IMG/VR virus record: IMGVR_UViG_3300037125_000003
Span: 1-34,182 of that record
Source of the DNA: a virus
Lineage: Duplodnaviria > Caudoviricetes
Length of the DNA stretch: 34,182 nt
Reading direction: 5' to 3' (one strand)
Shown: piece by piece, positions 19,507-28,654 of the stretch
Numbering within the stretch: the stretch's first letter is position 1
How the letters are laid out: the number at the start of each line of letters is the position of its first letter
The notes under the pieces: model-generated
The model's database searches: none
Seen by the model: the letters and a program-made list of their open reading frames with translations, nothing else
What the model was told of the DNA's origin: nothing
Position numbers and translations under genes: made by a program

Positions 19507-21463
19507 TGTAATCTTCCTCCCCTTCCTGTATCAGAGTACAGGATACAAAATGTTTTACCCTTTTTTCAGGGCGTAGTTTATATTTAAAATGCTTATGCCC
19601 GTAAACAATACCTTTGTTATTACCCTCTTCGTCTCCCTCCATAGCCTCTTTAAACTTACGTAGAAAAGATTTAAAGGACATATCGTTAGCTACTAAATGA
19701 CTGTGGTTTTCATCTTGCTGTATGCAAGATACTACATCCCTTAAAGACATTTCTTGTTTAAGGTTCAAATACCTATCCAGGCATACACCTAAATCATACT
19801 CAAATGCTATGCGGTTAAGGTCAATATTCTCCTGTTCTATGTTATCCAATTTAACAGGCTCTATAGTACCAACGCTATCACCACATAAAAGGTCAACGGA
19901 TTTCTTCTCAAACCAGATAGCATGTTTAGCCGGAGGCTGTAGGTTAGCTTTGGCATTATCAAAACGCATATACCAGCCTCTACGCTCTTCCGGTATGCCA
20001 AATCTCGCTGCCTCTGTTACTTTCATTGGTGATAAATTGTGTGCTATCCTGGTTGCATTAATAAGAGAACTAGCACCCCTGGCTTTATTTTGGTCGTCAG
20101 CAGCCGTATTAGCCCCTGCCTTAGAGATATGATGAACAATACCGATAGCACAGCCTGTGCGGTCTATTATACGTTGAAAACACCAGGCTACTTTATCTAT
20201 CTGCATATTATCATTTTCGCTACATTCATGCGTTCTTACAAAAGGGTCTGCAATCATAACCTTAATATCATTATCCCGTATAAATTGAACGGCTGAGTCT
20301 ATGGCTTGCTGGTTTATAACAACCCCGTCTTTGCTGTTTTTAGCCAATATAAAAGGCTGCTCACGTCCTGAGCTTAAATGTATACCCTTTATATCTTTTA
20401 TTTTTATTTTATGATGTATGGATATAGCGGTAAGACGTTTTAACATTTCATCCAGCGGGTCTTCTGTATTATAGACCCATACATTACCGGTTTTAACAAC
20501 GTCAAAGCCTGTTAATGGCTTACCGGTTACAATAGAAACAGCGTCAAGTAGTGCCAAAAGGGATTTACCAACACCACCCTGAGATATGATAGTAGAAATA
20601 TACCCGCCGATGTATCTACCCTGCATTATCCAATCACGGGGCTTAAACTTTGCGGGTTCAGTGTTCTCACTGAGAACATGTTTAAAGTCTACAGGGTCAC
20701 ACATAAAATCACTTGCTGCGATAGCGTGTTCCGGTTTGTATTGTGATATAGACCTTGCGGTTATGTCTATCTCTTCCTCTTCCACAGGCTCTTCAAAATG
20801 ATACTCATTTACAGCCATTAACGCAGCTTTAATAGCTTCGTAACCCATACCTCTACGTCTCATAGTTCCGGCGAGTGAGGCTAGAGTCTTATTCCTTTCC
20901 CCTTCTTCCACTTTTACTTTATCGTCAAGGACTTCAATATCAGATATGCTCTTTTTACCAATAGCTTCGATATAAGCTTGCGGTGCTGATGCTACAGGGT
21001 ATGTATCATCAAGCTCATAGGCAAAATTATTTATTCTCGACCCTGGTGCTACAACATAACCGCCTCTGCCTCTGGTATCTAGTCCATGACCTAATTTACC
21101 CGCTGTAGTAGCGCCTTTACCTTTAAGATAAATATGTATACCTTCGGTTGGGGTTGTTACTACTGTGGTATCCGGTAATTGTCCAAGCTCTTCCTCTACT
21201 TGTTTTAAACTTTCAAACCCTGGCTTTGCTGTTTTGTTATCAACGTCGATAACAAGTAAATCCTCATCACAAAAGATGCCCCAATTACTTCCAGCCTGTG
21301 CAGTCCCGTAATTTTCTATCTTTTTTCGGTCTGCATTTTTAGCCCATTCTTGCCAATCCTTAACAGCGGGTATCTTTTTATTCTCTTTTATCGGAAAAAC
21401 TTTGAATCCTTTATCAAAAGCCCATAATGCCCCGTCTACAGGGCGTCTTATATGTGTAGGCAT
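19490..21463 (-). CDS. Prim-Pol primase + PriCT + RepA-like AAA helicase
   Basis: VFPI...K.P, NWGI, VIDVD, TPTEGIHIY, DTRGRGGYVVAPGS; GERNKTL; GGVGKS, IADP, VHH, ARGASS. Confidence 0.9.
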   Translation of the reverse strand: MPTHIRRPVDGALWAFDKGFKVFPIKENKKIPAVKDWQEWAKNADRKKIENYGTAQAGSNWGIFCDEDLLVIDVDNKTAKPGFESLKQVEEELGQLPDTTVVTTPTEGIHIYLKGKGATTAGKLGHGLDTRGRGGYVVAPGSRINNFAYELDDTYPVASAPQAYIEAIGKKSISDIEVLDDKVKVEEGERNKTLASLAGTMRRRGMGYEAIKAALMAVNEYHFEEPVEEEEIDITARSISQYKPEHAIAASDFMCDPVDFKHVLSENTEPAKFKPRDWIMQGRYIGGYISTIISQGGVGKSLLALLDAVSIVTGKPLTGFDVVKTGNVWVYNTEDPLDEMLKRLTAISIHHKIKIKDIKGIHLSSGREQPFILAKNSKDGVVINQQAIDSAVQFIRDNDIKVMIADPFVRTHECSENDNMQIDKVAWCFQRIIDRTGCAIGIVHHISKAGANTAADDQNKARGASSLINATRIAHNLSPMKVTEAARFGIPEERRGWYMRFDNAKANLQPPAKHAIWFEKKSVDLLCGDSVGTIEPVKLDNIEQENIDLNRIAFEYDLGVCLDRYLNLKQEMSLRDVVSCIQQDENHSHLVANDMSFKSFLRKFKEAMEGDEEGNNKGIVYGHKHFKYKLRPEKRVKHFVSCTLIQEGEEDYNEILD

Positions 21464-21482
21464 ATATTAACCTCCCTGTATT

Positions 21483-21716
21483 TCATTTAATTGGCTTACC
21501 TTTAAAAGCCGGATGCGTACTTGTCTTATTAAAATGCCATTCAATCCAGGGGACAGGCACATCCAAAACTTTTTTGCTGGCTTCCTCAAAGGCTAAAGCA
21601 CGGTATTGACTAATACCTATTTGTCTGTTTATAACAGCGGACACATACCGGACGTCAGCGCCTAAATGCTTTGCTAACTCCGTTATCTGCCCGTGTTTCC
21701 AAAATTGTTTTGCCAT
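21483..21716 (-). CDS. Cro-like HTH regulator
   Basis: ITELAKHLGADVRYVSAVIN HTH pattern; directly upstream of primase. Confidence 0.6.
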   Translation of the reverse strand: MAKQFWKHGQITELAKHLGADVRYVSAVINRQIGISQYRALAFEEASKKVLDVPVPWIEWHFNKTSTHPAFKGKPIK

Positions 21717-21720
21717 GCTT

Positions 21721-21960
21721 TTACTCTTCTCCTAATTCTTTTCGGGCTAATGCAATTTTATTGTTGTAAAGTTTGAGGGTTTGTTTTTTAAGGATGCTGA
21801 GAATATCCTCAAGGTCTTTTGATACATAGGTATCTTCTAAACTGAAAGAGGAATAACCCCTATCGTTTTGGTCGTTTACATTAACGGTGAATCCGTTATT
21901 AACTTCTGATAAATTTACATTAATTTGAAAATTAAAATACTTTTTTCTTTCTTTTGGCAT
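21721..21960 (-). CDS. Hypothetical protein
   Basis: Start revised to ATG 21960 (GGGAGG SD). Confidence 0.65.
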   Translation of the reverse strand: MPKERKKYFNFQINVNLSEVNNGFTVNVNDQNDRGYSSFSLEDTYVSKDLEDILSILKKQTLKLYNNKIALARKELGEE

Positions 21961-21977
21961 AATAACCTCCCTGTTAT

Positions 21978-22055
21978 TTAATATGTAGCTATGAGTATCA
22001 TTACAACCCACCAAAAAGTAGTTATAATAAAACACGCGATTTGTGCATTAGACAT
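21978..22055 (-). CDS. 25-aa hydrophobic peptide MSNAQIACFIITTFWWVVMILIATY
   Basis: Below ORF-track cutoff; AGGGGG SD 5 nt upstream; fills the gap between neighbours. Confidence 0.6.
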   Translation of the reverse strand: MSNAQIACFIITTFWWVVMILIATY

Positions 22056-22067
22056 AAATACCCCCTG

Positions 22068-22412
22068 TTATTTAATTAAATTGTTTAAGAAATTTTTTGC
22101 AGCGTCGTTAGCGATTTTGTGTAAAGTTTCATCCTGAATAAAACAAATAGACTCAGGATACTGTCTCCTGGCTTCGTCGAAAAACGCCATAGCGATATTT
22201 GATTGCCAGCCGTAATAATAATCCTCAGAACTTTTTAACTTTTCAGTCAGATAGTCCATAGCTTTTTCAAGGTTTGACTTTGGCTGTTTTACACCCTGTT
22301 TGCATTTTTCGCATACTTCATACTTAACAGGTTTGTTAGGGTCTGGACACCGGCACTGTGCTATGACAGCCCCGCACTCTTTACATTTAATAACAAAATG
22401 ACCTCCATTCAT
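22068..22412 (-). CDS. Hypothetical protein with CxxC...CxC...CxxC Zn-binding N-terminus
   Basis: Start revised to ATG 22412 (GGAGG at 22420-22424). Confidence 0.65.
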   Translation of the reverse strand: MNGGHFVIKCKECGAVIAQCRCPDPNKPVKYEVCEKCKQGVKQPKSNLEKAMDYLTEKLKSSEDYYYGWQSNIAMAFFDEARRQYPESICFIQDETLHKIANDAAKNFLNNLIK

Positions 22413-22486
22413 ACATAAACCTCCATATCTATTTTTGGGAATTTCCCAAAAAGTTAACTTTTTGGGATAAATTAAATTCATTAGAT

Positions 22487-22515
22487 ATTATGAATTTGAA
22501 AGCCATATTTGTCAA
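22487..22515 (-). promoter_or_regulatory. Leftward sigma70 promoter
   Basis: TTGACA-17 nt-CATAAT on minus strand. Confidence 0.7.
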
Positions 22516-22603
22516 ATTTTTTAATTTGACAAATTTTATTTTGCCCTGTAACCTTTGATAGTAAAGGGTTTCAGAAAAATACGCAAAAAAGAATTATTTT
22601 TTA

Positions 22604-22632
22604 TTGACATCCTGAATTTGTAGGAATACAAT
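22604..22632 (+). promoter_or_regulatory. Rightward sigma70 early promoter
   Basis: TTGACA-17 nt-TACAAT with A/T-rich UP-like tract upstream. Confidence 0.8.
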
Positions 22633-22665
22633 GAACCTATCAAGTCGGAAATAGGAGGATTTAAA

Positions 22666-23487
22666 ATGCAAGTATTATCAAAGGAATTTTTAAGGGAACA
22701 TGTAAGCTCAATTTTCTCAGAAAGCGCATACGGAGAAACTTCAAAAGATTATCAACTTTACCCTACTATTAACGTAGTAGACTCTTTTGCAAAAGAGGGC
22801 TGGTTGCCTGTTCAAGCATCACAGCAAAAAGTAAAGAATGAAACCAGGGACGGATACCAAAAGCATCTTATAAGGTTTAGGCATATTGATAATGTGCATA
22901 ACCCAAAAGGTGAGTTATTACCTGAGATAGTTCTTACCAATAGCCATGACGGAAAAGCAGCCTATAACTTAATGGCTGGTGTCTTTCGCCTGGTGTGTTC
23001 CAATGGTCTTGTAGTACCAGAGGGAACAGTTAATAAGGTAAGAGTAGTACACAAGGGAACAAGGCCGGAGGATGTTATTGAGGCTTCTTATTCTGTTATC
23101 CAGGACTTACCTAAAGCTATGAATGAAATAGAAGAAATGAGAGCCATAGATTTAAGTTATGAAGAACAACAAATATTTGCTATGGCAGCTCATAACCTTA
23201 AAGTTAAAAACCAAAAGGAAAAAGAATACGACGGTAAAAGGACTATGAGGTCTATAGCTGCGGATACTACCGGATTGCTATACCCTAGACGTTGGGATGA
23301 TAAAGGCGACGACCTTTTTAAAGTTATGAACAGAGTACAGGAAAACATAATTAAGGGCGGTGCATATATCAGAGACAACGGTAAAAGGAAAAGAACCAGA
23401 GAGGTTAAATCTATTAACGAGAATATCAGACTCAATACTTCGATATGGATACTTGCTCAAGAAATGAGGAAACTTAAATCTGCGTAA
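22666..23487 (+). CDS. DUF932 (DUF945/YafZ-like) family protein
   Basis: KHLIRFR, PEIVLTNSHDG, GVFRLVCSNG, RVQENIIKGG motifs; AGGAGG SD. Confidence 0.85.
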   Translation: MQVLSKEFLREHVSSIFSESAYGETSKDYQLYPTINVVDSFAKEGWLPVQASQQKVKNETRDGYQKHLIRFRHIDNVHNPKGELLPEIVLTNSHDGKAAYNLMAGVFRLVCSNGLVVPEGTVNKVRVVHKGTRPEDVIEASYSVIQDLPKAMNEIEEMRAIDLSYEEQQIFAMAAHNLKVKNQKEKEYDGKRTMRSIAADTTGLLYPRRWDDKGDDLFKVMNRVQENIIKGGAYIRDNGKRKRTREVKSINENIRLNTSIWILAQEMRKLKSA

Positions 23488-23501
23488 GGAGGAATTAAAC
23501 C

Positions 23502-23903
23502 ATGTCAACAGGGGCGGGGAAAGCCCGCCCCAATTTTTATGGAGATAATTTTATGAGTGATATTAGAGATATTAATTGGAGTACAACAAAAGAAGATTGC
23601 GAAACTATAAACGCTATAGCAAAAAGGGCTGTAAACATATTTAAAAAATTTGGTATTAAGACTTCCTATATCCATTTAAAAATGGATTTAACGGCTTGTC
23701 ATTGTAACGGAACACCATTAAAGCTTAAAGAGCTTTTGGATGCAGATAATTTTAATTTCATGCACGATGTCGCCGGTATAGAAAATAGTATTAACAGGAG
23801 AACAGGCAAAATAGAAAATCATTTTTTACCTAGATTTTCAAAACCTTGTAACTGCGACCAGGATACTATTTGTGTAAAATGTGCAGATATACCATTAATA
23901 TAA
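23502..23903 (+). CDS. Conserved phage early protein (DUF6874-like); start 23502 or 23553
   Basis: DLTACHCNG.PL.L..LL.AD.FNF.HDV.GI...FLPRF motif. Confidence 0.65.
   Translation: MSTGAGKARPNFYGDNFMSDIRDINWSTTKEDCETINAIAKRAVNIFKKFGIKTSYIHLKMDLTACHCNGTPLKLKELLDADNFNFMHDVAGIENSINRRTGKIENHFLPRFSKPCNCDQDTICVKCADIPLI
23511..23539 (+). terminator. Terminator-like hairpin after DUF932
   Basis: GGGGCGGG GAAAG CCCGCCCC followed by CAATTTTTAT-type T run. Confidence 0.55.
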
Positions 23904-23910
23904 GGTATGC

Positions 23911-23957
23911 TTAATTATTGCTATGCAGCCCTACGGGGCTGCTTATGGAGTAATTAA
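23911..23957 (+). other. Long imperfect intergenic hairpin (RNase III-site-like)
   Basis: TTAATTATTGCTAT-GCAGCCC-TACG-GGGCTGC-TTATGGAGTAATTAA; no U-tract. Confidence 0.5.
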
Positions 23958-23991
23958 ACTCTAAATTAAAGTTTAAACGGAGGATTAGATT

Positions 23992-24135
23992 ATGTTAGCT
24001 GAACACATTGTAAAACAGGTTATCGAGTTAAGCCAGGGAGAAAGGATTAACAACGAAAAGAAAAGGACTGAACAGATTAATAAGCTCTTACGGCTTGTGG
24101 ACAACTTTATAGAAAGGCATCCACAATATAAATAA
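23992..24135 (+). CDS. Hypothetical 47-aa protein (MLAEHIVKQVIELSQGERI...)
   Basis: GGAGG SD; below ORF-track cutoff; fills gap. Confidence 0.65.
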   Translation: MLAEHIVKQVIELSQGERINNEKKRTEQINKLLRLVDNFIERHPQYK

Positions 24136-24155
24136 AATGGAGGAACAAGAACACA

Positions 24156-24446
24156 ATGAAAAGAGGAAACATTACATTTTTAGGAACAGTAGAAGGGGAT
24201 GTAAGATACACCCAGGGAACAACACAAGACACGGATACGGTAGACCTATGTGTACGTATAGACGGTGAGGTTTATTCCCTGGTGAAAGGCAAAGGTAAGC
24301 TTGCGTTCCTGGTAAACAAACACGACGTAAAACACGGTACTAAGGTTATGGTTACAGGCGAATTTGCGCCAAGACTAGCAGAAGCCGACGTAATAGCGTC
24401 AGAGATTATCCTGGTTGACAAAATGGAGGTATTAAGCAATGTATAA
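24156..24446 (+). CDS. OB-fold, SSB-like protein
   Basis: NITFLGTV...GKLA...KHGTKVMVTG...IASEI pattern resembles SSB/PriB. Confidence 0.5.
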   Translation: MKRGNITFLGTVEGDVRYTQGTTQDTDTVDLCVRIDGEVYSLVKGKGKLAFLVNKHDVKHGTKVMVTGEFAPRLAEADVIASEIILVDKMEVLSNV

Positions 24447-25023
24447 ACTAATTATAACAACGCTGATACTTTTATTTTTAGTATCCTGCGGGGGCAACCC
24501 CGTAGGATTTCAGGATACGACACCAGGGGAAATAGCGCCAGAGTTACAGCCTTATGTTGACGCCATAGCAAACTACGCTTTAGAGTATAATGCACAGGAA
24601 TTTCATAACCGTATGCAGTATATCGACGTAGTGTTGTCAAACAGCGAGAAAGGGCAAGCTTTACTTGAGGGTGAACCTATGCACGACGCTGGACTTACTT
24701 TCCCAAGAGGTACAGAAAGGTCTATAGTAATAAACGCAGACACATTTTTTCTGTATGATAAGGAAGAGGAACGTCTTATTTTGGTGTTGCATGAGTTCGG
24801 ACACGCTACCGGTGATGAAGTATCAAACGGGCAGCATATAGAGGACGTTGTTTACACCGTAGAATCATCAGACCCTATATCTGAGTATACGCAGCCCCTT
24901 ACTATGCCCTTATCCCTTATGAGTAGCAATAATTGTTTATTAGCTGCTTACTTTTGGGATAAGTACCAGGAGTTTTATTTAAGAACATTTTTTGATACAA
25001 GATTAAACAGGACTTGGAGGTAG
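24439..25023 (+). CDS. Lipoprotein with zinc metallopeptidase motif
   Basis: Signal peptide with lipobox LVSC; HEFGHATG...H and SLM Met-turn-like motif. Confidence 0.7.
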   Translation: MYKLIITTLILLFLVSCGGNPVGFQDTTPGEIAPELQPYVDAIANYALEYNAQEFHNRMQYIDVVLSNSEKGQALLEGEPMHDAGLTFPRGTERSIVINADTFFLYDKEEERLILVLHEFGHATGDEVSNGQHIEDVVYTVESSDPISEYTQPLTMPLSLMSSNNCLLAAYFWDKYQEFYLRTFFDTRLNRTWR

Positions 25024-25027
25024 TCAA

Positions 25028-25390
25028 ATGATTAAAGATATTATGGACGATATTAAAGATATGGTTATCACGGAAGACTTTGAACGAATTATGAATGCAG
25101 CCGTAAGAGATATTTGCGCTCAGTTTTTTAAAACCGTAGCCGGTGAAACTGAGCGCACTTTTAAAAGAGAAGAAATTTTACTTGATAGAAATAATATATT
25201 CTTAAACCTTTCGCTGGCTTCCGCTTTTCAGATTATAGAAGCAACAGCAAAATCCGTTAATAGTGTACCTGGTACAATACCAGGAACGGAAGCAATAAAT
25301 GAACAAACAGCGAAAGAAAGCATAATGGCACATATTGACATATTGATAAGGGATTTAGATTTAACAGCAACTTTATTGAGGTGTAAGTAA
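25028..25390 (+). CDS. Hypothetical protein
   Basis: 120 aa; GGAGG SD. Confidence 0.7.
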   Translation: MIKDIMDDIKDMVITEDFERIMNAAVRDICAQFFKTVAGETERTFKREEILLDRNNIFLNLSLASAFQIIEATAKSVNSVPGTIPGTEAINEQTAKESIMAHIDILIRDLDLTATLLRCK

Positions 25391-25734
25391 TGGTTTGGGA
25401 CAATTTAACAAAGGAACAAGCTCAGAGGGCTTATAATTTAGTGTATGAGCAAGCACATGAATACCTAATGAAACAGGTAGAGGAACGTATGCAAGAATTA
25501 ATGAGTATAATACCAGAACAATTTAGAAAGCATTACCGTATAGAAATGGAAAAACTTGAAAATTTAGAAGAAAGACGGGTCAATGTAGAAGCTAAATTTT
25601 TTGATAGTAAAGAGGGTTTAATTTCTAATGCTTCTCATTTTGAAAAAGTTAGGTTTGAACTTAAAGAGATAAAATTTATATGTTCTTTGAAACCCTTAAC
25701 TGAATTTATAGACGAAAGGAGAAGAGTAAAATGA
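25390..25734 (+). CDS. Hypothetical protein
   Basis: 114 aa; TAATG coupling. Confidence 0.7.
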   Translation: MVWDNLTKEQAQRAYNLVYEQAHEYLMKQVEERMQELMSIIPEQFRKHYRIEMEKLENLEERRVNVEAKFFDSKEGLISNASHFEKVRFELKEIKFICSLKPLTEFIDERRRVK

Positions 25735-25958
25735 ATTTTTATAACCCTATGAATGAAAATCTCTATATAACAGCGGTAAAAGCTAAAGCAGAAATACTAC
25801 AAAAAGTTATACCGGTGTCATGGGTAGAAAGCGGAGACCGTTTTTATATGAGATATGACGAAGAAACGGAGAAAGCTTTAAAGAATTGGGATACTTTTAT
25901 TGTATCAGTCTTAGAAAAAGACGAGGAAGAAAAATTACCAAGAGGATTAAGAGATTGA
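25731..25958 (+). CDS. Hypothetical protein
   Basis: 75 aa; ATGA coupling. Confidence 0.65.
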   Translation: MNFYNPMNENLYITAVKAKAEILQKVIPVSWVESGDRFYMRYDEETEKALKNWDTFIVSVLEKDEEEKLPRGLRD

Positions 25959-27556
25959 AAATAGTTTTTAAAGACAATAAATTTTATGTTAAAGCTGATA
26001 GTCACTTAGTAAGTAAGCTACAGCGAAAAGGTTTTAACTTTGATAAGTCTACAGGCTTATGGTTTACACCTTTTATCGAGAATATGCGTAAAATTGTAGG
26101 GTCTTCTAAACTGCAAAAGTTTGAACAGCTTTATGCAGATAGAATATCTAAGAGTATGAGTCTTTACGGCGATACTCTTAAAATTCCTATTCCGACAGGT
26201 CGAAGCCTATTCCCGTTTCAACAGGCTGGCGTCGAGTACATGGTATCATGTTTAGACATTAGCGACGGCGGTATATTACTAGCCGATGAAATGGGGATAG
26301 GCAAGACTATCCAATTTATTGCTTTATGTAATTACCTGGGTAGTCAAACAGGCATTATTATTGTACCGGCTTCTTTAAAAACTAACTGGCTTAATGAATG
26401 GCTTAAATGGTCTACGCAAAATCGTCGTCTAACAATAGATATAGCACAAGGTAATAACTTCCCTGATAGCGATTTTGTAATTATAAATTATGATATAATT
26501 ACCAGACACATAGACGCTATTAGTAGTCGTAAATGGGATATAGCAGCTTTAGATGAAGCTCATTATATCAAAAATTATAAAGCCAAAAGGACAAGGGCTA
26601 TCGTCGGGGAAAGGGGTAAATTCCCAGGGGTTAAAGCCCCTGTGAGGGTTGTTATAACGGGAACACCAATATTAAACAGACCTATAGAATTATTTATGCC
26701 TTTAAAATGGGCTTTCCCTCAAGGCTTTTTTAATCAACTCAGTTATGCAAGTCGATATTGTGATGCAAAACGTACACCTTTTGGTTGGGATTTTACGGGG
26801 GCGTCGCACCTGGACGAATTACAAAATATGCTTAGGTCTACTATTATGTGTAGACGCTTAAAGTCTAGCGTATTACCACAGCTTCCGGCTAAGACCAGAC
26901 AAGTTATTGAGATTGATGCCAATAGCCAGGTAAAACGCAGACTTAAACACGAGCATAAATTTTGTGAGCAAAAAGGATTATTCGACGACGATTTTAATGA
27001 GGTTATCAAGAATATGTCAAATATGCGTAAGTCGCTGATGTTTGATGAGATAGCAGAAGAGCGACGATTAAACGCTATTGATAAAGTACCTTACGTTATT
27101 GAACACCTTGAGAATTTAATAGAATCCGGTCAGAAGGTAGTTTGTTTCGCTTGGCATAAAGAAGTTATTAAAATGATATCAGAACATTTTAATAATGACT
27201 TACTTACTATAACCGGTAATACGCCAATACAACAGAGGCAAAAACAAGTAGATATTTTTCAAAATATAGATAGGTACAGGTTGCTTATTGGTAATATAAA
27301 AGCTGCCGGTGTAGGCTTTACTATGACCGCTGCAAACGTTTGTGTATTTTGTGAGCTTCCCTGGACACCAGGAGAAGTAACCCAGGCAGAGGATAGGCTA
27401 CACCGTATAGGACAAGATAGTAATGTGTTAGTACAGCATCTTGTATTCAGAGGAAGCATTGACGCTCTTATGGCTAAAGCTATTGTCCGCAAACAGGAGA
27501 TAATAGAGAAAGCCGTAGATAAAAAGTTAACCAGGGAGGAAGAAATTTTATTATGA
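25955..27556 (+). CDS. SNF2-family helicase
   Basis: LADEMGIGKT, DEAH, TGTP..NRP, QAEDRLHRIGQ. Start probably TTG 25955 (TTGA overlap) rather than 25886. Confidence 0.9.
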   Translation: MKIVFKDNKFYVKADSHLVSKLQRKGFNFDKSTGLWFTPFIENMRKIVGSSKLQKFEQLYADRISKSMSLYGDTLKIPIPTGRSLFPFQQAGVEYMVSCLDISDGGILLADEMGIGKTIQFIALCNYLGSQTGIIIVPASLKTNWLNEWLKWSTQNRRLTIDIAQGNNFPDSDFVIINYDIITRHIDAISSRKWDIAALDEAHYIKNYKAKRTRAIVGERGKFPGVKAPVRVVITGTPILNRPIELFMPLKWAFPQGFFNQLSYASRYCDAKRTPFGWDFTGASHLDELQNMLRSTIMCRRLKSSVLPQLPAKTRQVIEIDANSQVKRRLKHEHKFCEQKGLFDDDFNEVIKNMSNMRKSLMFDEIAEERRLNAIDKVPYVIEHLENLIESGQKVVCFAWHKEVIKMISEHFNNDLLTITGNTPIQQRQKQVDIFQNIDRYRLLIGNIKAAGVGFTMTAANVCVFCELPWTPGEVTQAEDRLHRIGQDSNVLVQHLVFRGSIDALMAKAIVRKQEIIEKAVDKKLTREEEILL

Positions 27557-27846
27557 GTAACTTATTTTTAAAAATGGAAGCAAGTACAGACGGAAAAAGT
27601 TTTCACCTTATACATTTTTGTCAATACTGTATGAGTTTCTTAGAGGGTAAAGATATCCAAAATTATATAAATAACCCAAAGGGGGCTATGCACATAGAAG
27701 CCTCAAAAGACGATGAGGTATTTATAAAAGAGATAAAAGCTATAGAGCCTGTTACTATGTATCAATGTAGAGAATGCTCTGGATTAACTATCTCTATTGG
27801 TGATAAAGATTATTCATTAGACGACATATTAAAGGGGGTAAATTAA
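27553..27846 (+). CDS. Hypothetical Zn-ribbon protein
   Basis: CQYC and CREC; GGAGG SD. Confidence 0.65.
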   Translation: MSNLFLKMEASTDGKSFHLIHFCQYCMSFLEGKDIQNYINNPKGAMHIEASKDDEVFIKEIKAIEPVTMYQCRECSGLTISIGDKDYSLDDILKGVN

Positions 27847-28236
27847 ATGGATAAAAAAGATTTTCTTGAATTAAAAATAGGGCAAACTCTATTATTCAAA
27901 AATAAGGTGGTACGAATAAGAGCTTTATCTAATTTTACACAGGATGATGTTTCAGCTCCGAACTATTGCGTTATGTTTGATAATGGAAAAGGAAAAGAAA
28001 GCACCTTACATCAATGGGACGAAATACGCACACAGTGTAAACCTTTTAATGGTAAAGGTATCTTAGATACTGCCCTTATCATGGACGCATTAGGTAATGA
28101 CCAACTTTTAAAATATAACGAGGAATTAGGTTGTTTCGGTATAACCTATGTCCATGCTTTTTTAAATGAAGATAATGAAATTGTAGCAGAACATATCCCG
28201 TTAGGGGATTTATATAAATTTGAAAAAACAGATTGA
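27847..28236 (+). CDS. Hypothetical protein
   Basis: 129 aa; AGGGGG SD. Confidence 0.65.
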   Translation: MDKKDFLELKIGQTLLFKNKVVRIRALSNFTQDDVSAPNYCVMFDNGKGKESTLHQWDEIRTQCKPFNGKGILDTALIMDALGNDQLLKYNEELGCFGITYVHAFLNEDNEIVAEHIPLGDLYKFEKTD

Positions 28237-28261
28237 CAAGGTTTTATTTTATAAATATTAT
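28233..28261 (+). promoter_or_regulatory. Internal sigma70 promoter
   Basis: TTGACA-17 nt-TATTAT. Confidence 0.75.
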
Positions 28262-28297
28262 GCAATTATGCGTATTTTTTAAGAGGAGGAAATACCG

Positions 28298-28654
28298 GTG
28301 AAAGAAATTAGAATAAATGACTCAAAATCTTATAAAGATTATTATGAGCAAACGGTATTAGAAGCCTTTAAAAGATTTTTTGGTGACTTAGTAAAGGTTC
28401 AAAGTTCAAGGTATACCATACAGAAAGGTACGGAAAACAGCGAATACGCAGTTTTTATAGTGTGTATTCTGGTAGAAAATAAATTTGAATATTACGTGCC
28501 TATAGATGTAATATCGGAAACATTTTTAGCTGCTCTTAACAAAAATAGCTTTTGGTTTACCGTAAATAACTTAATGCCTTATGCTGAAAATGCTAAAATA
28601 GAATTAATGAAATTAAAAGGGAGGGAATTAACGTGTCAGAAAAACAAAGATTAA
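28298..28654 (+). CDS. Hypothetical protein
   Basis: 118 aa; AGGAGG SD, GTG start. Confidence 0.7.
   Translation: MKEIRINDSKSYKDYYEQTVLEAFKRFFGDLVKVQSSRYTIQKGTENSEYAVFIVCILVENKFEYYVPIDVISETFLAALNKNSFWFTVNNLMPYAENAKIELMKLKGRELTCQKNKD

Noticed and set aside
790-20801. Numerous short plus-strand ORFs antisense to structural and replication genes
   Set aside because: Shadow frames of well-supported minus-strand genes, with no motifs.
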